DNA from: a virus
Direction: 5' to 3' (one strand)
IMG/VR virus record: IMGVR_UViG_2974694605_000001
Span: 20,294 to 84,293 of that record
DNA: 64,000 nt
The notes below the pieces were generated by a model. The model made no database searches and was not told the origin of the DNA. It was given only the letters and a program-made list of their open reading frames with translations. The first letter of the stretch is position 1; each line of letters starts with the position of its first letter. Position numbers and translations under genes: made by a program. Shown here piece by piece: positions 35,115-43,606 of this stretch.

Positions 35115-37535
35115 ATGTCAAAAGTAAAATTAGTAAAAGCTGTGAATTGGAATCGGCTGGAAGATAACATTGACCGTGCAACTTGGGATAAATTGATTTC
35201 GCAGTTCTGGGTCAGCTCACGTGTACCCGTTTCAAATGACATGGGAGATTGGGGTAAATTGTCTGCCCCAGAGAAAGATTTGTTCAATAAAGTTTTTGGA
35301 GGGTTGACACTACTTGATACTTTGCAGGGTGAAGTCGGTAACAATGAGATTGCAAAAGATTCTCGTACTCAACATGAACTGGCTGTGTTCAGGAACATCT
35401 CATTTATGGAAGAGATAGAAAGCATTGTTTCTTTAGCTTAAAGAAATTTAAGCTTGGTAAAACCTATCTAAACAGGGGAACTCTGACCGTGTAAGACGAA
35501 GACAATCCTGTACTAAATTTATTGAAAGGAGACAAAATTGAAAATAATTGGAAGTAGAACTTATGAAAATATTTTATATAAAAGAATCTTTACTATACAT
35601 AAAGGTATGCTAGGGCGGTGTTACAATCCTAATGATACAAGTTATTCTACGTATGGTGCTAAAGGTGTTACAGTTGATGAACATTGGCACAATCTTGATA
35701 ATTTTATCGAAGATATTGATAAAATCGATGGGTTTGATTACAATAAGTTCATTAAAGCTGAGATTCAACTTGATAAAGATTTTAAACAAATTGGTGTTAA
35801 AAATAAAGTATATTCATTAAATACATGTGTATTTTTAAGTCGTTCTGATAATTGTGGGAATAGAAATAACAATCAAGATATGATTATCATTGACCCTGAC
35901 GGTAATAAATATGAATCACGTAATCGTGAAAAGTTCTGTCGTGAACATAACTTAGACACACGTCATGCACATGCAGTTCTACAAGGTAAAAATCCACACC
36001 ACAAAGGTTGGCAATTTTTCTATAAAGAAACATTCAATCCAGCAAATGTTGTACTTAAACAAATCATACTTGGTACAAATTCAGATGGCGATGAATTTTT
36101 GTTTAATAATATATCAACATTTGCTAAGGAACAGAATCTTTCTGCCCCAAATATTTCAATGGTTTTGTCTGGTAAAAATAAAACTCACAAAGGATGGACT
36201 TTTAAAATTATCCAAAAGGGTTTTACTATTCAATAATAAATGTGCAACGACTATCGAAAGGATAGCATTTCTCACAGTATAATTCTAGGGGAGATGTGAA
36301 TAACCAAGTAGAGTAGAGTTTAAGTAAACTCGAAATGGTAGGACATATCATTTACTTAAAAGTATGATATGTAAGATATAGTCTGAACTATATAGAAATA
36401 TATAGAGTGTGAGTAACGAACACACACAACAGCATTGACATGCGGAATCTTATTCAACAATCTTCTCAACTTTCTGTACTATGAAAGAGATTGATGGAAT
36501 ATTTGAGTGGACTGCAACAAATCCTTATATTGTTAAGAAAACAGAAATCGTTCAAGATATCTACGAAAATGGAACTCCTCTACAAAAGAAAATTGCATCA
36601 GTATTCTTGGAATCCTTCCTTTTCTACTCAGGATTCTTTACACCCTTGTATTATGCTGGACTCGGAAAGATGAAAAATACAGCCGAGATTATAAAATTAA
36701 TTTTGAGGGATGAGTCGGTTTTGTAAGTGAGCTGACTTAGGTATTTTGCCTTAGCGAAACCACAATCCTAAACAGGGAAACTCTCTCGCAGACAATCCTG
36801 TGTTAAATTATTGTAAAAACCTTATGATAAACTCTTTATCTTTTTTAAGATGATGAAGATTGGGAGTTTATCAAAAAGGAAGAAGTACAATATAAAGACT
36901 CAACGACTATCGAAAGGCAGTTAATAGCTCTAGGGGCTATTAATGAAACCAAGTAGAGTACAGCCAAGTGGTAAGCAATGTATGTGAAAATGGCATGCAG
37001 ATAAGTCTTTTAAATGGAAATGGAGTATGTGGGGTGTTGACTAACAACAACACTAAGATATAGTCTCAGCGTCCATAGTGATATGGAGAAGTTCATCAGA
37101 GAACTGCATAGAATTTACGACTCTATGTGAAGGTACTATCACGGATATTACATCGGCTACAAGTTTCAAATTGGATATAATGAATTAACAGAAGCTGAAC
37201 AAGAAGAGTTAGAAGAATGGACATTTGATTTACTTGATAAGCTATATCAAAATGAATTAAAATATACTGAACTTCTTTATGATGAAGTAGGTTATACTGA
37301 GGACGTGAAACAATTCCTCAAATACAACGCAGACAAAGCTCTTATGAATCTTGGATTCGACACCTTGTTTGAAGTTGGACGTGAAGATATCAATCCACTT
37401 GTAATGAATGGTATCTCAACTGAAACAGCTAACCATGATTTCTTCTCAGCGGTAGGTAATGGATATCTCCTTGGAGAAGTCGAAGCTATGAAAGACGATG
37501 ACTACGCTTTGATTAAAGAAAAACTCAATAAATAA
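35115..37535 (+). CDS. nrdF: class Ib RNR small subunit, join(35115..35416,36438..36719,37139..37535)
   Basis: splicing restores FMEEIHAESYSTIF and LRDESVHGYYIG; ESFLFYSGF; HDFFS; 326 aa. Confidence 0.92.
35417..36437 (+). mobile_element. group I intron 1 in nrdF with HNH-type endonuclease ORF
   Basis: P1 GAAGAGAT/GTTTCTTT with U.G; P7 AACGACTATC (36246) / GATATAGTCTG (36375); ends in G. Confidence 0.9.
35538..36236 (+). CDS. intron-encoded HNH-like homing endonuclease with C-terminal repeats
   Basis: GMLGRC..Y..YGAKGVTV..W..F; LDKD..YSLNTCVF..N; two HKGW-F repeats; GGAG RBS, TTG start. Confidence 0.8.
   Translation: MKIIGSRTYENILYKRIFTIHKGMLGRCYNPNDTSYSTYGAKGVTVDEHWHNLDNFIEDIDKIDGFDYNKFIKAEIQLDKDFKQIGVKNKVYSLNTCVFLSRSDNCGNRNNNQDMIIIDPDGNKYESRNREKFCREHNLDTRHAHAVLQGKNPHHKGWQFFYKETFNPANVVLKQIILGTNSDGDEFLFNNISTFAKEQNLSAPNISMVLSGKNKTHKGWTFKIIQKGFTIQ
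36720..37138 (+). mobile_element. group I intron 2 in nrdF (ORF-less, 419 nt), predicted to end in A
   Basis: P1 GAGTCGGT/GCTGACTT; P10 GTGA/TCAC; P7 AACGACTATC (36902) / GATATAGTCT (37057). Confidence 0.85.
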
Positions 37536-37541
37536 AAATTC

Positions 37542-37577
37542 AGAGGACTTGACAAGTCCTCTTTTTTATGGTATAAT
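37542..37577 (+). promoter_or_regulatory. overlapping terminator and promoter
   Basis: palindrome AGAGGACTTG-A-CAAGTCCTCT + T run with TTGACA (37549) near its centre; TATAAT at 37572. Confidence 0.8.
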
Positions 37578-37612
37578 ATTACTATCAAACATTTAAGGAG
37601 AATAAACATAAT

Positions 37613-38182
37613 ATGGGTTTACCAAACAATCAAAACTATACCCCTACAGTACACTATTTAGAAAGGATGTCAGAACGATTTAATATTAAAACAAACTTAG
37701 AGTCTATGAACTTTTTCAAACAACAAGTTGATACTTTAGAATATGTCGGAAAAAATACAACTAAATCTGGTGTATGTGAAGTTTGGGCGAATGATAAGGC
37801 AACTTTCATTCTTGATGTGAAAAACAAGAGGATTGTGACAGTTTATCAAACTGGAAGCACTGAAATTCAGGCTGATGATACCCCTGTAGAAAAATCCGAA
37901 CAATCTTTCGAAAATCCACTATCATTGTTCGGAAATGAACAGATTAATAACATAATCTTTGATGAATTGTTCGGAAATGTCGAACAAACTTTTGAAAAAA
38001 TCTCAAATTTCACAAGTAAAATCACGATTTTACATGAGAAGATGAAAAAGACAAGTCGTAAAGATTATAAGGCTAAGCAGATGGATGAAGCTCATGAAAT
38101 CATGTATGAACTTGCACGTCAAATTAAAGCATGTAGTCAAAAAGAAAACGAAATTAACAAATTTAAAGAAAGACTTGGGTAA
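37613..38182 (+). CDS. hypothetical protein
   Basis: AAGGAG RBS; N-terminal TVHYLERMSERF. Confidence 0.7.
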   Translation: MGLPNNQNYTPTVHYLERMSERFNIKTNLESMNFFKQQVDTLEYVGKNTTKSGVCEVWANDKATFILDVKNKRIVTVYQTGSTEIQADDTPVEKSEQSFENPLSLFGNEQINNIIFDELFGNVEQTFEKISNFTSKITILHEKMKKTSRKDYKAKQMDEAHEIMYELARQIKACSQKENEINKFKERLG

Positions 38183-38187
38183 CTATT

Positions 38188-38457
38188 ATGGAAGATAAAA
38201 TTTCAACACTAGCAGAAGTTAATAAACTTATTGACGAATATAATGAATTTTCCGATAGATTTAATGAAGATTTTGACGAATATAATGAATTTTATGATAA
38301 CCTTAATGAAGATTGGGAAACGGCATTCTTTATGATGTTAAAAATTCATGAATCAGACAGCAAAAGAACAGGAAAGATTCTTGATGTTCTCTTTGATAAC
38401 CTCGATGATTTGCCTAAACCAGTCATTGAGGTAATGCAAAAATATTCAAATCTCTAA
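38188..38457 (+). CDS. acidic hypothetical protein
   Basis: ORF track. Confidence 0.6.
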   Translation: MEDKISTLAEVNKLIDEYNEFSDRFNEDFDEYNEFYDNLNEDWETAFFMMLKIHESDSKRTGKILDVLFDNLDDLPKPVIEVMQKYSNL

Positions 38458-38482
38458 CGTAATAATTTGAAAGGAAAATAAA

Positions 38483-38758
38483 ATGGAAGCAATTGATGTT
38501 GAATTTACTATAGGTGTTGATGAAGACTGGGATGAAAAATTCCGATTGTTAACAATGAATTGTTATTACGATTTTGACATTTCTCAAAAGTTAGAAATGC
38601 TTGATGTTATTCGTAAAGGACTTATTGAAGAAGAAATCCGCAAAGTAACAAACATTATTAATACTCTGCATCATTCAACACATAACTCTGATGAATTAAC
38701 AAAACTCATTGAGGTGCAAACAAAATTATTAGAAGGATTAAAAAATAATGGAAATTAA
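38483..38758 (+). CDS. hypothetical protein
   Basis: AAGGA RBS. Confidence 0.65.
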   Translation: MEAIDVEFTIGVDEDWDEKFRLLTMNCYYDFDISQKLEMLDVIRKGLIEEEIRKVTNIINTLHHSTHNSDELTKLIEVQTKLLEGLKNNGN

Positions 38759-39662
38759 AGATGTAGTAATTATTGGTGGTGGAGTCGCAGGTACAACTGT
38801 GGCTTTATATCTTGCTCGTGCAGGATTCGAACCTGTCTTATTAACAGACGGTGAAATTGGTGGGAATCTTAATTCTATTGATACCATTCAAAATTACGTT
38901 GGAATTTATAACGCAAAAGGTAGTGATATTGCAGACGCAATTCTCACTCAACTTTATCAAGCTGGAATCATCAATAATGTCAAAGAATATACTAGAGTAA
39001 CTAATGTTTCTAAAGATAAGAATGGTCTTTATCTGATTACATATGAAAACCTTTTAGGTACTGAGGACATTGTTGCTTCTAAAAACCTTGTCATTGCAAC
39101 AGGTCAGCATAATCTTAAACTTCCCATTGATGTAGAACAACACAACTGTGTTTTATGTGATGGTTTTATGTTTAAAGATGAACCAGTAGTTGTAATTGGT
39201 GGTGGAAATTCCGCTTTAACAGAAGCAATCGAATTAGCTAAAACATCAAGTAAAGTTTATCTCGTTACTCGTAGACCTGAGTTCCGTGCAGAACAACATT
39301 TACAAAATGAAATCAAAAAACATGATAACATTGTTCATTCAGTAGGAAATCTTAAATCTGTGGTTGGGGATTCATATATCTTTGATACTCACACACTCAT
39401 TGCAAAAGGACTTTTTGTTTATATTGGTTCAAAACCTAACACACAGTTTATGGAAGACGAATTAATTCTAACAGATAGCGGACATATTGATACAATAGGA
39501 TATAATGCTTTGGTTGGTGTTAAGGGTAGTCGTCATATGGATATTGACCGTAATTTATATGTTGTTGGAGATGTTAATGGCACGGTTGAAGCAAAACAAT
39601 TTGGCATTGCTATTGGTCAAGCCACAGAAGTCGCAGTTCGGCTTATTAAAAAATTGTCATAA
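38748..39662 (+). CDS. trxB: thioredoxin reductase (low-molecular-weight, FAD/NADPH)
   Basis: IIGGGVAG, LVIATG, CVLCDG redox motif, IGGGNSA, TRRPEFRAE, YVVGD. Confidence 0.9.
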   Translation: MEIKDVVIIGGGVAGTTVALYLARAGFEPVLLTDGEIGGNLNSIDTIQNYVGIYNAKGSDIADAILTQLYQAGIINNVKEYTRVTNVSKDKNGLYLITYENLLGTEDIVASKNLVIATGQHNLKLPIDVEQHNCVLCDGFMFKDEPVVVIGGGNSALTEAIELAKTSSKVYLVTRRPEFRAEQHLQNEIKKHDNIVHSVGNLKSVVGDSYIFDTHTLIAKGLFVYIGSKPNTQFMEDELILTDSGHIDTIGYNALVGVKGSRHMDIDRNLYVVGDVNGTVEAKQFGIAIGQATEVAVRLIKKLS

Positions 39663-39676
39663 TTATGACTTTATTC

Positions 39677-39705
39677 TTGACATATATTACTAATTATGAT
39701 ATAAT
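39677..39705 (+). promoter_or_regulatory. sigma70-type promoter
   Basis: TTGACA-17-TATAAT. Confidence 0.85.
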
Positions 39706-39742
39706 ATTATGAGTAATATATGTTTAGAAAGGAGAACATTAA

Positions 39743-40423
39743 ATGAGTGTAAAAGGCGAACTGATATTTGATAATTTAGAAAATATGGACAATATCCTTA
39801 TTTTTGTTGGTGCAAGTGGAAGTGGTAAGTCAACTCTTGTAGAACATATCAGAAAAAATTTAGGCATTCCCCAACTTGTCACTACTACAACACGAAACAA
39901 GAGACGTAATGAAAAAGAAGGAAAAGATTATCACTTTATTAATCCCGAAGAGTTTAACCTCCTAGCTGATAATAAGTCTTTTTTGGAAACTACAAGTTAT
40001 TCTGGGAACCTATATGGTTTAACTAAAGAAGAAATTGATAAAAATTCTAATAATGTATCAACTGTTATCACAGATATCAATGGTGCTCGTACATTGGCAA
40101 ATCTGTATCCAGACCGTGTTATGGTCTTTTGGATGAAAAGTACACCCCTTAATCTTGTTAAGAGATTGAGAAAACGTGGTGAAAACTGGTTCACGATTAT
40201 AACGAGACTGTTTAATGCTTATCGTTGTGATGAATTTACCGTTCCATCATCAAAGTTTGTCGATGTAACATTTACAGTTATTCATTCAGAAGATGATATC
40301 GTCAATAATTTCGGAATAGTTTATTATAAGCTATTGACAGATGAGTTCAAAAAGAACACAGATTATCTACAAAAACTAGAAAAAGCAAAGGAACTAAATA
40401 ATGGCAGAAAGACGTTACTATAA
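39743..40423 (+). CDS. gmk: guanylate kinase-like nucleotide kinase
   Basis: GASGSGKS, TTTTRNKR..EKEGKDYHFI, YSGNLYG. Confidence 0.85.
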   Translation: MSVKGELIFDNLENMDNILIFVGASGSGKSTLVEHIRKNLGIPQLVTTTTRNKRRNEKEGKDYHFINPEEFNLLADNKSFLETTSYSGNLYGLTKEEIDKNSNNVSTVITDINGARTLANLYPDRVMVFWMKSTPLNLVKRLRKRGENWFTIITRLFNAYRCDEFTVPSSKFVDVTFTVIHSEDDIVNNFGIVYYKLLTDEFKKNTDYLQKLEKAKELNNGRKTLL

Positions 40424-41144
40424 AACAGGAGAACAGGTGTGGTCAAATAAAGACGGTGTAGTTGCTATCGTTAAAAGTGTCGATACTGTAAATAAGGAAA
40501 TGACAGTTTATCTCCTTGATGAAAAAGATAAGGCAACTACAGTTACACGCAACCTTTGGGAATTTGATAAACTTCGTGGATTCAATAAATATGAAGCTGG
40601 AACAATTGGTTTTGCTAAATTCCGCCCAACAGCTAAAATCCCAACTAAGAATCATTTTGAAGATGCAGGATTTGATGTTTACTTAGATATTCCTAAAGAA
40701 CACAAATGGAAAGATTTATCAGGTCAAGAACATGACTCATGGAATAATGGAGTCCTTTCACTTCATATCTTCAAAGGTAAACCAACTCTACTACCAACTG
40801 GTGTTGGTGTAAAAGTTTCAGAAGACTACTATACTGATTGGGCTAACGAACGTGGCTCAACTGGCTTACAAGGTATGGCTACACTTTCAGGTGTTGTTGA
40901 TTCAGGGTATCGTGGTGAAGTATTCCTTGATATTGCTCCAACTTATAAAGATATTGTTATTACAAATGCCTATCAAGATGTCAAGGAAACTGATAATGAA
41001 ATCTTCTTCCCAATTACAAAAGCTGTTGCTCAAATGATTGTGCGTGATAATTTACATTTACGTGAATATGAATTATCTATTGATGATTTTAAAGATGAGG
41101 TAACTAATCGTGGAGATTCTAAATTAGGTGCTTCTGGAAAATAA
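40401..41144 (+). CDS. dut: trimeric dUTPase with N-terminal extension
   Basis: AGFDV, RGSTG, GVVDSGYRGE, AQMI, RGDSKLGASG. Confidence 0.9.
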   Translation: MAERRYYKTGEQVWSNKDGVVAIVKSVDTVNKEMTVYLLDEKDKATTVTRNLWEFDKLRGFNKYEAGTIGFAKFRPTAKIPTKNHFEDAGFDVYLDIPKEHKWKDLSGQEHDSWNNGVLSLHIFKGKPTLLPTGVGVKVSEDYYTDWANERGSTGLQGMATLSGVVDSGYRGEVFLDIAPTYKDIVITNAYQDVKETDNEIFFPITKAVAQMIVRDNLHLREYELSIDDFKDEVTNRGDSKLGASGK

Positions 41145-41153
41145 TAATATGTT

Positions 41154-41175
41154 AACTAGCTTCGGCTGGTTTTTT
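41154..41175 (+). terminator. intrinsic terminator
   Basis: AACTAGC-TTCG-GCTGGTT + T run. Confidence 0.8.
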
Positions 41176-41182
41176 GTTTCTC

Positions 41183-41211
41183 TTGACAAATAAGAAAAAT
41201 TATGATATAAT
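41183..41211 (+). promoter_or_regulatory. sigma70-type promoter
   Basis: TTGACA-17-TATAAT. Confidence 0.85.
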
Positions 41212-41238
41212 ATTATTATAACAAAAAAGGAGAAAATA

Positions 41239-42000
41239 ATGAATTTAAAGCAATACTTAAAATTAACTGGCTTTGACAATCCTGAGCCAACAGGTGTTAA
41301 CATTGCAATTATTGATAGTGGATTTAATACACGAAATAAAAATGTGAAATACAGATTTAATGCTTTTGACAAATCAGATAACGTAAAAGATGAACGTGGA
41401 CATGGTACTGCCATTCTTGATGTTATCAGTACGGTTTCACCAAACTCAAACTTCTACTTATTTAAAGCTTTAGATAAAGATGGAAAAGGAACAATGTTAT
41501 CAATTTATGAATCATTGATTCGTGTACGTGATATTGAAGAAATTGATATTGTCTGTATGAGTTTTAGTAGTTTTCAAAAACTTAGTATTACGACAGATAA
41601 AGCAATTAAAGAGTGCCTTGAAAATAAAAAGATTCTTGTGTCAGCATTAGGTAATGATGAACGAAAACAAGATACTTATCCAAGTGCTGTGGAAGGTGTA
41701 TATAAAGTAGGTGCACTTTCTGAAAGTCTAATCTCACGTTATCACTTATCAAACTATTCTCCAACAACTCACTTCGTGGCATTAGGTGAAAATATTCTTG
41801 CCAATGAAGAACTACGTGAGGGTACAAGCTTTGCGACTGCTATTGTTGTTGGACAAATTGCGGAGATTATGGCTCATTATAAAATCAAAAAAGAAGAAGT
41901 TAATTATGAATTATTTGAAGATTCATTCTTATCTAGTTCATCACGGACTATAGACATGGCTAGGGGTCATCTTCTTAAAGGAGGTAATGATGAGTTTTAG
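41239..42000 (+). CDS. subtilase (S8) serine protease, no signal peptide
   Basis: triad AIIDSG / RGHGT / GTSFAT; oxyanion SALGND. Confidence 0.85.
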   Translation: MNLKQYLKLTGFDNPEPTGVNIAIIDSGFNTRNKNVKYRFNAFDKSDNVKDERGHGTAILDVISTVSPNSNFYLFKALDKDGKGTMLSIYESLIRVRDIEEIDIVCMSFSSFQKLSITTDKAIKECLENKKILVSALGNDERKQDTYPSAVEGVYKVGALSESLISRYHLSNYSPTTHFVALGENILANEELREGTSFATAIVVGQIAEIMAHYKIKKEEVNYELFEDSFLSSSSRTIDMARGHLLKGGNDEF

Positions 42001-42511
42001 TGATGAATTTGAATTTAATTACCTAAAAACAATGTATGCTAGTGGATACAGCCTTGAAAACATTGATAAATATCTATTAGATTCAGGGTATACTGCACAA
42101 GACTTCATCAACGAATTAATCTTACGTGAAGTAACAGTTAGTGAAACTAAAAAAACTGGTAAACGATTATCAGAAGACTTGAAGAAGTTAATTGCACAAC
42201 GTGATGGCAATGGAATCGCTCGAACAGAAATACTCAAAGAACTTAATCTCAATTTTGTAACTGTTCGTAGAGCTTGTGAGAAATATGGTTCTGCAAATAA
42301 ACACAATGGACGAGTGTCATATCGTGACATTTATGAAGTTGTTCCTTTTGCCATCAAACATGTGACAGATGGAATCACCTGTCCTATATGTAGAGGACGG
42401 GCTAATAGTACAGAGGGTTCTCCTAATGTTTTCTTCTGTGTTAAATGCTTAGAGGAATATACTATTCGTCATAACAAATTGTATCGCACACGTTGGGAAA
42501 ATGTAGACTAA
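41987..42511 (+). CDS. HTH-like + Zn-ribbon protein
   Basis: GIARTEILKELNLNFVTVRRACEKYG; CPIC...CVKC. Confidence 0.7.
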   Translation: MMSFSDEFEFNYLKTMYASGYSLENIDKYLLDSGYTAQDFINELILREVTVSETKKTGKRLSEDLKKLIAQRDGNGIARTEILKELNLNFVTVRRACEKYGSANKHNGRVSYRDIYEVVPFAIKHVTDGITCPICRGRANSTEGSPNVFFCVKCLEEYTIRHNKLYRTRWENVD

Positions 42512-42553
42512 AAAAAAATCAAAAAAATAAAAAAGAACACAAGGAGAAATAAA

Positions 42554-43183
42554 ATGACATACCAATTGAAAGTAATTTACCCTAAACAAGAATCTATTGA
42601 ATCGAATAAATTCACTGAACGTAGCCATAACGAGTTAATTGATGATGTATCTGCTGAGGATGCAATTAAGACTTATAAAGATTTGCTAGTACAAGGATAC
42701 TCTATCGCAACATCATTTACTCCACCAGAAATTGTAGAAGATGAAAATTTTGATGCATTTGTTGTGGCTAAAAATCTTGAATTGGCAGGGTTACCATATA
42801 CAGCAACTATCAAACTTAAGAGTAAAACAGATTACGAGGGTGCTAAAGAGATTACTAGAGTTATTGAACAACAAGGGTTTGATTATTCAGTAACAGCCAA
42901 ATTGAATATTAATGAAAATTCACCTGTAGACTTTGAAAAGGAAAGTACTTGGTTTGATTCTGAATACGCTTCATACTCTGTATTACCTAAAGCTAAAAGC
43001 TACGACATTATGGATTTAAAATCTCTATATGAAACACTATCAGATATGAATCTGAAAGTATCAATCGGTCTTAAGATGCGCACTAAAAAAGATAATGATG
43101 AGGTTTTTGAACAACAACTCGATTCTTATCCAGATGACACACTTATTATTTTAAAACTAAAGGATGCTGATATTTATGAGTAA
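42554..43183 (+). CDS. hypothetical acidic protein
   Basis: AAGGAG RBS. Confidence 0.75.
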   Translation: MTYQLKVIYPKQESIESNKFTERSHNELIDDVSAEDAIKTYKDLLVQGYSIATSFTPPEIVEDENFDAFVVAKNLELAGLPYTATIKLKSKTDYEGAKEITRVIEQQGFDYSVTAKLNINENSPVDFEKESTWFDSEYASYSVLPKAKSYDIMDLKSLYETLSDMNLKVSIGLKMRTKKDNDEVFEQQLDSYPDDTLIILKLKDADIYE

Positions 43184-43511
43184 TAAAGTATATACTGATG
43201 CCATATTATTAAAGTATGAACAAGGTGAATATGAAGGCTATGAACTAGTAGTTTTTAATGTTTTAGATAAAAATTTAACACTACTAGAGATTACTGATGT
43301 TGCAAAGTTATTCTTAAAAGAGTATGTGCATAATGAAGACTACCTATCTTATACTGGAATGACGATATTTGCTGAACATTGGAAAAATGGAAAAATGGTA
43401 AAGAGTATTAAAATAGGTAACGTTCACGATGATGACGATAGAGATGGTTTACCAGTTTTGAAATGTGATTGGGAAATTGGTGAAACTGAATACTTTTATC
43501 CGTATGGTTGA
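43176..43511 (+). CDS. hypothetical protein
   Basis: AAGGA RBS before ATG 43176. Confidence 0.65.
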   Translation: MSNKVYTDAILLKYEQGEYEGYELVVFNVLDKNLTLLEITDVAKLFLKEYVHNEDYLSYTGMTIFAEHWKNGKMVKSIKIGNVHDDDDRDGLPVLKCDWEIGETEYFYPYG

Positions 43512-43516
43512 TAAAT

Positions 43517-43566
43517 AAAAATGGTTGGGGCTTAGCCTTGACTATTTTTTTGTTTTATGGTATAAT
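43517..43566 (+). promoter_or_regulatory. terminator hairpin overlapping promoter of dnaE
   Basis: ATGGTTGGGG/CCTTGACTAT + T run; TTGACT (43538)-17-TATAAT. Confidence 0.75.
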
Positions 43567-43606
43567 ATATATGTGATAAAATATTTAAAAATATAGGAGG
43601 AATTGA

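Noticed and set aside
35417-35441. nrdF ORF-track extension ESIVSLA and separate ORFs 36481 and 37305
   Set aside because: Read-through into the intron and exon fragments of one spliced gene
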